Shown here piece after piece: positions 15,197-29,805 of a DNA stretch of 64,000 bases. Numbering within the stretch: the stretch's first letter is position 1; the number at the start of each line of letters is the position of its first letter. A model generated the notes under the pieces. That model ran no database searches. It saw only the letters and a list, made by a program, of their open reading frames with translations, and was not told the origin of the DNA. The DNA comes from the human T2T-CHM13v2.0 reference genome, Homo sapiens. The position numbers were made by a program, and so were the translations under genes. Where the stretch lies: the NCBI RefSeq assembly GCF_009914755.1, contig NC_060934.1. One strand, given 5' to 3'.

Positions 15197-15197
15197 T

Positions 15198-15315
15198 GCC
15201 AGGCATAGTGGTTCATGCGTATTATCCCAGCATTTTGGGAGACTGAGGTTGGAGGATTGCTTGAGGTGAGGAGTTCAAAATCAGCCTGGGCAACAAGCAA
15301 GGTCCCAACTCTAAA
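15198..15315 (+). mobile_element. FLAM (free left Alu monomer)
   Basis: GCCAGGCATAGTGGTTCATG...GGAGGATTGCTTGAGG...CAGCCTGGGCAACA, with no right arm. Confidence 0.85.
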
Positions 15316-15440
15316 GTTTTATTTAGCATGCAGCTACTCTCATTTGTTTATGGTTTATATATGGTTGCTTCCACACCACCATGGAAGAGTTGAGTAGTTG
15401 TGACTGTATGGCCTGCCAAGACTAAAACATTTTCCACCTC
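15313..15440. mobile_element. MER58A fragment (hAT-Charlie)
   Basis: AAAGTTTTATT...GAGTTGAGTAGTTGTGAC..GTATGGCCTGC..AGACTAAAACATTT. Confidence 0.75.
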
Positions 15441-18159
15441 TTATATACTAATATAAGAAATCACAATATCTTTTATATTGAATTCTATTTCATCACAATG
15501 ATCTCTAAATTCCTTGTCATGCTTTGATAAAACTCTCTTATTTGTCAAATAGCATGGAGGACCATGACTAGACCAGAGGGATGGGAGGCTGTGTTGAATA
15601 TGATTGGCAGAAGTAATAAAGGTAACATCATGGAGTTACAAGCTGCAGCCTTGCAATGTGATGAAAAGCAAAACCGAAATCAGTGGTGTCTGTATCTGTG
15701 GGATTCTAAAAAGCCACAGAGCCCACGGGCAGGGTAACCATGCCCACTGAACACCAGATAGATGGGGCTCTCTGCTCTGGCAGGGGAGGTGGCCCAGCTG
15801 ACCTCATCTGTCCTCTCGGCTCCAATTTCTTATTTCTGGGCTCCCACCATCTGGCAGAGAACTGAGCTATTTTTCCTGCAACTCTTCCCACATAAGAAGA
15901 GTGGTGCCTGCTGCATGAATGATATGACATTATATTAAAATTGAAATATTAAGGATTCAATGCTTCATTTCTGGACACAAGCAATAAACAAAAACAGATT
16001 GATTTCTGGATTTCGATAGCACTGACTTCCCAGGGATCAGACTGTGGTTTTTACACTCTCAGATTTGAAGGCAATTATGTGTTTTACATACAGAGTATAA
16101 AGTTTAAAAACAGCATCAGCAGTCTTGCAAATTTTTTTAAAGATTTTTGAAATGCAACAGCTCAGTTAGATTAATTTTCCTTGGATTACTTTTTTTTTGT
16201 GACAACCCATCTTCAAAACTGTGGAACATAAAAGTATAGAATTTTAGAGTTGAAACATTTTCTAGGTTTATATTTCACAATAACATTTTTCTATAAAAGC
16301 TCTTCATTTTATCTAACAATCTGTCTACTTTTATCTACAGGTAACAGAAATTTCCTTGTAATTTTTTTCAATATTATCATCTCATGAGGATAGGAGGGTG
16401 AGAGCACTATTTAAAAATCAAATCATCTAATTTTTTGATTTAAATTAGAAATACTGAATATTTTGCATGTGAAATAAAATGTACATTATAAAATTGAGTC
16501 CTTCTCAATATTCTAAATATCTTAACACTAAGCTATTAATTTTGCCCACCAAAAGTCTTCTAAGTTATAATGCTGTTTAAATGATCAAACTTCGTGATAG
16601 ATATGAAAGTCTCCTTCTTGCCCAAAGTGACTTCAGGGTTGCCTAAAAAATTGGTTCCCACAGTTCTGTTTCACTAATGAAGTCACACAAACCATGAGGA
16701 AGGTGGCACTGTTGACCCTTCTGTTGCCATACGCCAAGTTATAAAGGTAACACGATCAGAGTTTTGGATGGAGAAACAAAGCCAGCCTATGTGTAGCCAC
16801 ATAACCAGGGGAATGACAAACAAAGATGCTATAGAATGGAAATAGATAATTTCAGAGAAGAGGAATGTTAAGTGATCCTTTGCACCCTGTCTCCTGCACG
16901 ATAACATGTTCATACCTTTCCGATCCCCTTCTTTCCTTTTTCACCTTTAAAGACAAATAAAGAGCTTTGTTTTGTAACATGGAGTAAAACCACCTTAAGA
17001 GTGTTACTAATCCCCCCAGTTTTCAAATACAATAAAATGTCCAAGAACCTTACTCAATGCTATAAAATTACACACCAACCCTTGAAAGGAGCATCGTGAC
17101 ATAAGATGCATTAAGAATGGCTCATTAAACATTTATTTATTCTTATTTGAATTCACCAACAGTTCACATCTCCATCATAGCCTTTTTCCTATTTGAAAAA
17201 CCATGAAAATGATTTAAAATAAAAAGATAGACTAGAACTTATGGGTGAGAAATATTTCATATGAATATGCTCTCTCTTAAAAATGACTCAATGCAGTTGA
17301 GTTCATGAGCATATATTAAGTTACTGAAATATTAATTATACTTTAACTGCATGAACATATGCTTCAACTTGCATTCAAAGATCTGAAAATGTATTGCAGG
17401 GGTTCCTGAAGGATAAAGAAAGAGCTTTAAGAAGAAAATGAGGAAGAGCTGAGCATCACTTTGTCTCTAAATAAAATACTGCCTGAATGGAAATGAAACA
17501 AATATCAGCCACTGTCTCTATTGACAGCATTTTCCCATCACATCCTTTCCCCCATTCATGGATGTTCAACTTGCTCCTCATGGCATGTGGAATCAATTGA
17601 ACTAAATATATGGTTTACGTGTGGGTCTCACCACTGGTACACAGAATCATTTGCACAAAAAGAAGGGCAAAGTGATTAGTTTAGAATCAAAAGCCTAAAA
17701 TGAGTGCATTTATTCAACACCCATTATATAACCAGGTATTTCGCTCAGTGCTGGGGAAACAGAACTAAGGAAGACATATGTCACAAAGAAAACTGCCCCA
17801 AGGGGAGAATTAAAACAAAAAAGTATGGAAAACACAATAGAAAACAAAAGTATAGAAAGCAATTCAAGACTTATACTCATTAAGTCGTTTCTTTTTCTTT
17901 TCTTTTTTTGGCGTAGTATAACAGCAACAATAATGGAATAAAACACCTGTGATCTCAATAAGAAGAAAAACAATCACTACTTGAGAAGAAGTTAGAATAT
18001 TTTTATTTAGATCTGAAGGCTACCTTTTATGGTAAGTTGTATACATCTATTTTCCTCACCTGTAAAATGGAGATAATAATTACCATGACATGGGAATAAT
18101 CTGAAATTATGTACATAATATACATAAATAAGGAGGAATACTTCTTAACTGAAAAACAA

Positions 18160-18826
<667 letters not shown>

Positions 18827-19841
18827 GTGCATGAGATAATGTGAAAAAGCCTTGGGTACACATTAGGCCGACGGAACTGCTGTTTCTATTTCCAAAACAT
18901 TTTCCAAAACCAAGCATAAATTGTTTTCAGGTGATCTATATTCCTTACAGTATACTCAAATATTACATGAAGTGACAGACATTACCGTGGAAACAGTTGC
19001 ATTCCATAAAGCGCCAAGTACATATAGATGATTATTATCAGGGCTAATAACTGAGAAGTGGCCTCATTCTGGACTGATAGGTCACATCTAGGAAGTTGGA
19101 GTATCATGCAGTAAATCCATCCATCTATAAATCATAAGCTATTTTCATAAAACACATCCATCATGGTTCACTCCAAATCTACAATCTCAAAGGATACATT
19201 TTGTCTTAGTGAGATGTGTGTGGGGAGGTTTCCTGTGCCTACCATGTCGAAAATAGTAAATGTTTCCCTGAGGGCCAATTAAGCATGATAAATCTCAAGT
19301 TGTTCCTCACAAAGCAATTGAGTAAGCAACAAATTGTTTAAAAGTTGTTTTAAGATCATGCTTTCTTAGGGAGCTAGTACTTCCCACAGTAACTGTGGCA
19401 CCATATTTTGAGATAATTCAAGTTATTTTTATAGGTTGTGATAGATGTGTCTTTATCAAAATATTCCCACCCAAACCATATTAATCTTTGGAAGAAAATG
19501 GAGACTGCAGATAACAATTATAGGAATTCTATGAGATCAAGACATGTTAGTCATAGAATATCTCTCAGGGTCTTTGGGAAAACAAAGTTTGTCTAAAGCA
19601 GTATACTGTAAGACAACCAAATATTTACTGAGATCCTAGCGTGGATCTAACTTGTACAGGAACACGATATGGAAAGTGCTACCTAAGTAGTTCACAATCA
19701 TGTCATCGTGAATGCATCTGAACTCATCAGAATATGATTTAGATCCTCAAATGTGTCAGATTCATTATTGCATCTCTGGCGCTAGATAAGTGTTTAGCAT
19801 ACAAGGACTACATTTTCTCAGTGTGGCTTCAACTCTGTTGA

Positions 19842-20207
<366 letters not shown>

Positions 20208-20640
20208 AAACAAGTTTTTAATTTAAGGTATTACTTAAGTTCAGTTCATCTATTTTTTTCTTTGGCTGTTCATGATTTTGGTTTCATACTTAGGAAACCA
20301 TGGCCTAATTATTTAAATTTCAAAGAAAATGTCTATGCATTTATATTCAGTCTTCAATGAATTGTAATATAAACAATAAATTGTACGTTTTTCAAAGCCA
20401 TTGTCTATATGGTTAACTTCTACTAATTGGACTTAAGAATCCAGAGACCCATGTATGAATAATGTGTGGAACACCAAATAAGACACACCTCACTACTTTC
20501 CTCATTATCCTCAACATAACAAAACTTTGTTACAGAGTATGTTATAGAAAGTACTACTTATAGATTTTGCTTTCTCACAACAATTAGATTTTGACTAAGG
20601 TGATCATTTGTAGTCTACTATCAAAAATTATGTTTTCATA

Positions 20641-20912
20641 GTCTTAGCCAAAGCAGTTAGATAAGAAAAAGAAATAAGAGACATCCAAATCCAAAAAGAA
20701 GTACTTCTGTTTGCAGATAACATGATCATATATGTAGAAAGCCTAAAGACTCAACAACGACAACAAATGTTAGAACTAGTCAACAAATTCAGTGAAATTG
20801 CAGAACACAAAATTAACATGCAAAAGTTAGTTGTGTTTTTATACACAAATAATGAACTGTCTGAAAAAATGATGAAAGCAGTTCCATTCACAATAGCAAC
20901 AAAACTAGGTAT
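20641..20912 (+). mobile_element. Old L1 (L1M) ORF2 reverse-transcriptase fragment
   Basis: Translates to LFADNMIIYVES...LELVNKFSEIAEHKINMQK, the decayed FADD motif region of L1 ORF2p. Confidence 0.88.
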
Positions 20913-21011
20913 CCATAAGGCTGAGATAAACTAAATTACAGACTAATTAAGTTGAATTATACACTTTATTCAGAGGTTCACTTGAACAATTTTATATATA
21001 TAGTGAGAGAC

Positions 21012-21600
21012 TCTCTTAGTTAGCTTTTGCTATATAATATAACACCCCAAAACTTAGTACCTTAAAACAAACCCCTCTAAAAAAGGAGCTTGCAATTCTA
21101 TAGGACTTCTCGGATAATCTCTGTTCAGCTAACTTAGGGGTCTGAGTCCAGTTGGTAAGTGAGCTGATACCTGGATGTTGCCAAGTCCTCCTCTACTGCA
21201 GCAAGGATGTTCCTTGGTTAGAATCTGGTTTTATGCATTGGAACGGGCTCCATAATCCCTTGTATGTCCATAGACATGACTCTTTCAGCCACTACTTTCA
21301 GTAGCTCTTAGCCTCACCCTCTGTCTTTAGAGCTCTGCTTAAAATAAGTATCTGAGAAATGCCTAGGGAAAAGTATTTATTTTCAATAAGACAGGGGTTG
21401 TGCTTCCAGCTGGGTAGACTTGTCATTCGGCTTCTTGTCACTAGGAAGTTGAAGTCACAGGGGCCACTTTTCATTTTGAACTATTTCAACCCCTTTTAGT
21501 TCAAGATGCAGGCTTTCATCAATACAACTCTCTTAAAGATGTGGGTTTTCTATTAGTCAGATTCAGGTTCACTCCATGTTCCAAATGCCTAGTTCATTCG
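21012..21600 (-). mobile_element. MLT1-type LTR plus internal remnant
   Basis: TTAGTTAGCTTTTGCT...CACCCCAAAACTTAGTACCTTAAAACAA is a typical MLT1 LTR end; the downstream part resembles MLT1-int; boundaries are approximate. Confidence 0.5.
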
Positions 21601-21904
21601 TCCATCTGTAGTTTTTAGACACTCTTCATGTTTAACACTATTATGTTCCGTCTGTGTCTCTTGTCTATGTTTTTGTTTTGCAAGAAAATTTGACACTCAA
21701 AAGGAATACAGAATTGTTTTTATAGTTTTAGTTTCCATTTGCATACACTATCATTTATCATTTTCTTATAGATATGGTGGGAATACATTTAAAATAGTAA
21801 CTAAAGACTTCTCATATGAAAACCATGCCCAAATATGTGAAACAAAACAGATTTTGGCCCCAACAAATTCCAAACAAATGAATTGAAAAACATATTTGCA
21901 ACGT

Positions 21905-22221
21905 TTTCTGTTTTGGATTTGAGATAGAGTCTTGTTCTGTTGCATAGGCCAGAAGGCAGTGGCACGATAATAGTTCACTGCAGCCTCAAACTCCTGGACT
22001 CCAGCAATCCTCTCCTCCAGCCTTAGCTACTCAAGAAGCAAGTTGCTGGGACTACAGGCACACCCCACCATGTCCGGCTAAAGTGTTTGTTGTTGTTGTT
22101 TTGTAGACAAGGAGTTTTTCTATATCGACCAGGCTGGTCTAGAACTCCTGGCCTCAAGTGATCCTCCTGCTTTGCCCTCACAAAACATCAGGATTACAGG
22201 CTTGAACCACTGCACCCACCC
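21905..22221 (-). mobile_element. AluJ, diverged full length
   Basis: CACTGCAGCCTCAAACTCCTGG..., GGCCTCAAGTGATCCTCC. Confidence 0.9.
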
Positions 22222-22239
22222 TGCAAAGTAAAATCTTTA

Positions 22240-22241
<2 letters not shown>

Positions 22242-22278
<37 letters not shown>
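22242..22278. repeat. (TG)n microsatellite
   Basis: About 18 pure TG units. Confidence 0.95.
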
Positions 22279-22281
<3 letters not shown>

Positions 22282-22900
22282 TATTTTACTTAATACCGAC
22301 AGATTTTGTACTAAAAATATCATACATTGGAATAAATTTTAATTTTCTCCCATTAAACATGTAGTATTTAGCTGTAGAGGAAACACGTTCAGTTTTCCAG
22401 GGAGCCCAGTGATTACATGAAGATAAGACAACTGTTTGGAATGTTTACTTCATCCTCATAATGTCTAATATAAATACTGAATCTCCAGAGCCCAAGTGTG
22501 TCTTTGCAATCTGGGAAATACATATACAATGTCAGTTTTTCAGGATTATGAACATCCATGAGAACACATGTAATATTCCCCAGCATAATATTATAGTGTC
22601 AATATCCCAGCAGGAATAATAGCATTAAAATTATTTTTGACAAGAATTCTTCTTCCATTAAAAGAAAATAGCAGTGCTTCACTTTGATTGAGACCTAATG
22701 TGTCCAGCACTTTGAAAAGCACTTTCTATGAATTATCTCATTTAAGCACTAACACAAGACAAAGTAAATTGGAATGATCTGATTTTTATAAAAGGACCTA
22801 TATTATTCTAGATCATTACTACCATCGTTCTCATATTACTACCATCATTCTCATATTGCTGCCAAAATTGATCTACTAAGCTAGATCATTACTAATTTCT

Positions 22901-23156
22901 TTGATTATTATTATTATTGTTTTATTATACTTTAAGTTCTGGGTCATATGTGCAGAAGGTACAATTTTGTTACACAGGTATACACGTGCCATGGTGGTTT
23001 GCTGCACCCGTAATCTACATTAGGTATTTCTCCTAATGTTATCCCTCCCCTAGTCCCTCACCCCCGACAGGCCCTGGTGTGTGATGTTCCCCTCCCTGTG
23101 TCCATGTGTTCTTATTGTTCAACTCCCACTTATGAGTTAGAACATGCTGTGTTTGG
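22901..23156 (-). mobile_element. L1PA7/8-like 3' end, 5'-truncated
   Basis: TTATTATACTTTAAGTTCTGGG...CATTAGGTATTTCTCCTAATG...TCCCACTTATGAG; TSD TACTAATTTCT (22890-22900 / 23157-23167). Confidence 0.92.
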
Positions 23157-24380
23157 TACTAATTTCTCACTTCACCTTTTGCAATGTTGATAGCCATTAA
23201 CTTGAAATTCCATTCAGACCTAGCATTTAATTTTTCAAATATTACAGGAAATCAGTTTTCCTATCTAATTAATTTAGAGACATGAATTAGACTATTATTA
23301 TTTCAGTTGTAAGACAACAGCTATAGAATAAAAAAAAACATTAGGAATACATTTTTGAGGGGAAGTTGAGTCTCGTTAAAGGAGAACATCTTTCTGATAT
23401 CTTAATAGAGGTGTCTATGTCCCACTAGAACTGAAAATTATTTTTACTCACCTTTGCACTACTACTGTATATGTCACTTGTACATTAGTCCCAATCTTTT
23501 CTTTTTACCAAAATTATATAATGGAAACAGGATTTGGTTGTGTTTTTCAATGTGTTCTGAATATGACTGACATTGAAGGCTGGCCAATTATCCATGAGCC
23601 ATAAGTACAAACAAAAAATAACCTCACCTTGCTGTAATTTAGAGTGTGGAGTTTCCTTAAAGCATCTGCTCTATCAGCTTTATTTTTCTTTTTATTTTTC
23701 TCCTTTTCTTCCTTTTTTTTTTTCTTTTTTTTACTCTACCAGCTTTAAGGGCTGTTTTTCCTAAGAGTGTTGATATGGAACTTAAACATGAAGCTGTGTT
23801 GATAGGAAATTTTCCCTGTGATATGGATATTAGTATTGCAGTGGTAATTAGATTAGGAAATCTATCTAAAAGTGCATATTTTACTTTGCTTTATCTAGAA
23901 ATAGTTCTGTTTCCACCTTTACTATGTGCCAAACATTAAATGAATATTTACATAGAACCCTCTGTTTTAAGGGTCCCTTGGTTTCCAAGACACTCAAATT
24001 TAGGGAAAGACTTACTTCAGTTATATGTTATAAAAATGAATGTAGCAGTACAGCATGGTGACTGAGAGACCTTCTTATCAGTTAGGTTTGATGTCTGTCT
24101 CTACTACTTGCTAGCTGTGTAATCTTTGACAAGCAACTCAAACTTCCCAAATTTCTCTTTCATGATCTGCAAGGCAGGAATCAACAGAAACAAACTCTTC
24201 AGACTGGGGGGAAGGAGTAAATGAGAATATTTATAAGGAAATTTGAACAGTCTTTGATATATTTTAAGTGTTAAAATTATTTTTAAAGTTAATCTCCTCT
24301 CCAAAGTTCTTCTACTTTTAAAAGGAGTATTCTATAAAAATTAAGTACATGTTTTACTCCCATATTTAAAATAAGATAAT

Positions 24381-24784
24381 TGTAGTAGTTTGTTCTCGCA
24401 CTGCCATAAAGAAATACCTGAGACTGGGTAATTCATAAAGAAAAGAGGTGTAATTGGCTCATGGTTCCACAGGCTGAACAGGAAGCATGGCTGAGGAGGC
24501 CTCTGGAAACTTACAATCATAGCGGAAGGCAAAATGCAAGTAAGCACATCTTACATGGTGGGAGCTGGAGGAAGAGAGCTAGAGGGGAGGTAATACAAAT
24601 TTTTAAACAACCAGATCTTGTGAGAACTCAGTCTCTAGCATGAGAACCGCACCTACAGGGATGGTGTTTAACCATTAGAAACTGCCCCCGTGACCCAATC
24701 ACCTCCCACCAGGCCTCACCTACAACATTGAGTATTACAATTGAACATGAGATATGGGTGGGGACACAGATCCAAACCATATGA
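24381..24784 (-). mobile_element. MSTA-like solo LTR
   Basis: TGTAGTAGTTTGTTCTCGCACTGCCATAAAGAAATACCTGAGACTGGG...GGGACACAGATCCAAACCATAT. Confidence 0.92.
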
Positions 24785-25405
24785 GTAGTCTACATTATTT
24801 GAGATAAAAAAAAGAAAGCTTTCTATGCAGGCTCATGTTTAACAATATATTAAACAGAGTCATTTTGTGTGGACAATATGGGAATAAAATCTATGTCAAT
24901 CAGAATGAGTTTGCCCTCCTTGAAGGAAATGGCCCCCAAATGTTCTGAGATGACACTGATGCACATTTCTCGTCCCACTTGAAATGAAGTGGGACTCTGC
25001 GCAGCTGGGACAATGTCATATTTACCTTTATATTCTACACGGTACCTATTACAGTACTTTCCACCCAGTAGATTCCCAGCAAATATTCTAAATTCTAATG
25101 AATTGCAGCTGCCTTAATAATCCTATGGAATTTTTGAAGTAGTTGATGTTTTATGCCTTAGATTTCCTTATGGCATGCTTTAAGGTAACAGCCCTTAGTT
25201 GGGGATGCGCCTCTCTTTAGAACGAATTATTCTGCCTTGGAAGTAAACAAAATATCCTACATGGAAGTATCTATTCCCATTGCTTTAGAACAGAGTGGAG
25301 TGGAGAAAATATTCCTGTCTGGGGCATGGATTAGAGAGCTGTGCTTTCCTTAGGTAGGGGCAGAAAAAACTTAGATTGCAGCATCCTGCTAAAAAAGGCG
25401 ATGCT

Positions 25406-25642
25406 ATGTTTTTATTTGCTAGGGCTGCCACAACGAAGTTTCATATACTGGGTGTTTTAAAGGATCGAAATTTTTTTTCTCACAGTTCTGGAGCTGGAAG
25501 GCCATGACCAAGTTGTAAATGAGGTTATTTCTTCTGAGACCTCTCTCCTTTGGTTTGTCATTTTTTCCCTGTGTCTTCATATCATTTTCCTTCTCTCTCT
25601 CTCTGTCTCTCTCTCTGTCTCTCTCTCTCTCTGTCTCTCTCT

Positions 25643-25694
<52 letters not shown>

Positions 25695-25869
25695 TGATGT
25701 CTGCTTATAATGACACCAGTTATACTGGATTTTGTTCCATACTAAGGACCTCATTCTACCTTAATTACCACCTTAAATGTATTTTCCCCAAATACAGTCA
25801 CACTATGAGCTACTGGAGGTTAGAACTTCAACATATGAATTTTGAGAGCACACAATTCAGCCTATAACA
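25406..25869 (-). mobile_element. MLT1A-like solo LTR containing an expanded microsatellite
   Basis: TTTGCTAGGGCTGCC...CACAGTTCTGGAGCTGGAAG...AAATACAGTCACA...CACAATTCAGCCTATAACA. Confidence 0.88.
25592..25692. repeat. Compound (CT)n(GT)n microsatellite
   Basis: Interrupted CT run followed by about 23 pure GT units. Confidence 0.95.
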
Positions 25870-26064
25870 CCATGCTACATAAAGTTTTGTTAGACTCAAG
25901 AGCTTATTCCTGGGCCACACACTGAGCCACAGGGGGAATCTTGTCCTACTTTTATCTTTCAGTCCATTGCTTGTCTTTCCACTTACCACTTGGTGTTATC
26001 TTTCCAACAGTATACTCAGAGAAAAAGCAGAAACCATGTCAGGCTAAAGAAAACAATGCATACA

Positions 26065-26530
26065 GTTCATTTGTGCAATAAATAGTTGCCACAGTTGAGT
26101 GTGTTCTGCTTTCTAGGGGAACTTTAAGGGAAAGCTACACCAATACGGCTTCTGTTCTCAGGGAGCTTAGAGTCTAGAGTCTAGCTGGGAACTGTTCAAG
26201 TCATCCACTAAGGAATATATAATTAGGACCTAAGGCAAATGCTCTGAAGATAAGCAGTGTACTTTTCTGAGAGGAGATAACTAAGAACAAAGAGACCTGC
26301 TCTAGACCAGAGTGTGGGGGTTGTTTGGGGTGACTGGGCATTTTGATCACGGTAGCAGCATGGGCAACTGGTATGGGGTATTTAAGAAACCAAGAGAAGG
26401 GTAAATGTAATGGGTGTGGGAGGTGTTGAGATGAGACTGGAGATGAGACTAAGCAGATAATGTGGGCTCTCCTCCTGAGTTCACTCAGAAGCCACGAGTG
26501 ATTTGAAGCAATGGGGCAGAGTGACATGAG
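26065..26530 (-). mobile_element. L2 relic
   Basis: CTCAGGGAGCTTAGAGTCTAG, GAGATGAGACTGGA, TTGAAGCA...GTGACATG motifs of reverse L2. Confidence 0.55.
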
Positions 26531-26555
26531 GGACTTTCATGATTAAAAAGTATTA

Positions 26556-26858
<303 letters not shown>

Positions 26859-27734
26859 TTATGTACAAATAATTACTCACAGTAGGGATTCAGCCTCTTT
26901 CAGTGGATTTTTCATCTGCACTTTATGCCATTACAATATTAACCAATTTCTGAACAGAAACAAAACCATGAAAAGGTAATAAAATGATGGGGGTAAAGAA
27001 GGTAGTCAGGAAGACTTATGCATAATAGTTAGGGAGGAAAATATTTCATCAACTTATGTCTATAGTATTTTGATACAAATATAACCAACTTGATGAAGTC
27101 AGAAGTTGATCCAGTCAAAATAGGCATATTCCACAAACCCCTCCTCTGCCCCCCACACACGAAACACCAATTTTTCGTACATTCTCATAGTATCTACTTA
27201 GCTAACATTTAGGATATAACAACAATATAGTGACCTAGGTCATATCACCTGTGTGTACATGTTAAGACTGAGATACCAGAGCCTACAAGATGTGTGGGCA
27301 TTTTTGCTTAAATTTGAACAAATATGTCTTTTAAATGACAGCAGGCTGGGTGGATACCACTTAAGATGACAGGAGCATAGGCATAATGTTTATTACATGT
27401 ATTAATTCATTCAACAATTTATTGAATCCCTATTATGCTTAGGTATCGATATTCTGAGTTACATGCCTGATAAGCATAGTTATCTAAGACAATTTACGAC
27501 AGAACTTCTCAACACATACATTCTTTTCAGAGAAAAAAATTCCTAAAGTGTGATCAGAGGGAACTGACCCATGCGATTATTCCAGAGAAAGGGATTCCAT
27601 AGCCAGGTCAGTTTAGAAACCACTGTGTAAAATATTCCTATGCTTAAGGTTTCATAATGCATGTTAACTATAAGTAGTTCTACATCACAGAAATCTGTTT
27701 AACTCATTAAGATCATTAAGATATGTACACTTCT

Positions 27735-28629
27735 ATTTACAAGAAAAAGACAAACAACCCCATCAACAAGTGGGGGAAGGATATGAACAGACACTTCTCA
27801 AAAGAAGACATTTATGCAGCCAAAAGACACATGAAAAAATGCTCATCATCACTGGCCATCAGAGAAGTGCAAATCAAAACCACAATGAGATACCATCTCA
27901 CACCAGTTAGAAAGGCGATCATTAAAAAGTCAGGAAACAACAGGTGCTGGAGAGGATGTGGAGAAATAGGAACACTTTTACACTGTTGGTGGGAGTGTAA
28001 ACTAGTTCAACCATTGTGGAAGACAGTGTGGCGATTCCTCAGGGATCTAGAACTAGAAATACCATTTGACCCAGCAACCCCATTACTGGGTATATACCCA
28101 AAGGATTATAAATCATGCTGCTATAAAGACACATGCACACGCATGTTTATTGTGGCACTATTCACAATAGCAAAGACTTGGAACCAACCCAAATGTCCAA
28201 CAATGATAGACTGGATTAAGAAAATACAGCACATACACCATGGAATACTATGCAGCCATAAAAAATGATGAGTTCATGTCCTTTGTAGGGACATGGATGA
28301 AGCTGGAAACCATCATTCTCAGCAAACTATTGCAAGGGCAAAAAACCAAACACAGCATGTTCTCACTCATAGGTGGGAATTGAACAATGAGAACACTTGG
28401 ACACAGGAAGGGGAACATCACACACCAGGGCCTATTGTGGGGTGGGGGGAGGGGGGAGGGATAGCATTAGGAGAGATACCTAATGTAAATGACGAGATAA
28501 TGGGTGCAGCACACTAACATGGCACATGTATACATATGTAACAAACCTGCACATTGTGCATATGTACCCTAGAACTTAAAGTATAATAAAAATATATATA
28601 TATATAAATGATTTAATGAAGGCAAAAAA
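27735..28629 (+). mobile_element. L1PA4/5-like, 5'-truncated (ORF2 C-terminus plus 3'UTR)
   Basis: ORF 27723-28268 encodes the L1 ORF2p C-terminus including the CCHC region ([18 protein letters not shown]); G-rich 3'UTR; perfect 17-bp TSD AAGATATGTACACTTCT (27718-27734 / 28630-28646). Confidence 0.97.
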
Positions 28630-29805
28630 AAGATATGTACACTTCTTCATTGTGTCTACAGACCTAAAAAATGGAAGCAAAACTTGAAGTTTTTCCCTTA
28701 GCATTTGATTGAGCTTACATTTTCAAAGATAGATAGACATAATTATAGCAATTAATATGTAGAGATACAAATATTAAACATGATTAATAGTTTAAAATTA
28801 CTTTCTGTGCAATCTATGTATATATTGTGCATGTAGGTATATACCCATCTTATCTTCCAAATACATTTAGCTTGGTATCTTTATAGATACCTGTGAATGG
28901 TAGTGATTGTTACTTTACAAGAGGAACATTCTCTGGAAAGATGTCACTTCCAGGGTTTTCTTTCTCATATCATTCTACGTATTGAATCTAACACCTTTAC
29001 TTACATCTAAATGCCATCCACTAATTGCCAGTCTTTTATATCAGCCTTTCAGATGTCTGAACTTTACTCAGTGGATACTAGATTTCCCTTTCCCTTGCCT
29101 TATACAGTGAGACTTTTTTTTTACAACCCAGTATAATCATAGATGTAGAACAAAACTGAGGTCTCTGACTTTTTCCCCTTTCCATTGCAACTGTTGCAAA
29201 TATTCAAAATCACAAATCATACTATTAATTTCAGCTGATATTTTCAACTCTCTTAACCCAGCACTACATCCGACAGCTGTAAGGGCTTTCAGCCGTAATA
29301 AATCTCTGCCTGACTTCCCAAAGCAAACAGTGTTGAGGAGAGTGATCCCTCCAATAACATTTTGTCAGCTCAAATCACCACCATAACATAAGTGATTCAG
29401 ACAGTCTGAACTGACTCCAGGCTTTCCAACCTCCGGTCTTTATTTCCTATTTTCTTTTACTTATGAACTGTTCTTAATATTCTGAAGACTCTGAAAATGT
29501 TGTGTTCATTCCTTGAGATTGGCGGAATGCCCATTTAACAAGTGGTTTTTTTTCCCCCTCTCTCTTTGAGAAGATTCTGCCTCGTGACCTGATTAGATTA
29601 GTGCATTTGGAAACAAAGCTTATTCAGGTCTGGTAATTTAGAAAAAAAAAATAATAGAATAGCTAAACTCTAATAGTATAAAATTAAAACATTATTAGTA
29701 AATATTTTTGGAAATTAAGGGAAACAATGTGATTTTCCTTGATATGTTTAATTCCAGAAAGCCTGATGTTCACACAGCATGTAACTATCTACTGTGTATG
29801 TACAT

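Noticed and set aside
15840-15858. CTCF-like site (minus strand CTGCCAGATGGTGG)
   Set aside because: Mismatches at core positions; not supportable without ChIP data.
16916-16944. Collagen-like exon (GEKGKKGIGK)
   Set aside because: Only three Gly-X-Y triplets, a 29-nt length, and no other Gly-X-Y exons seen in 64 kb.
27723-28268. Longest ORF (181 aa) as a protein-coding gene
   Set aside because: It is the C-terminus of L1 ORF2p in a 5'-truncated L1. Its ATG comes from the TSD, and the frame departs from ORF2p near the end.
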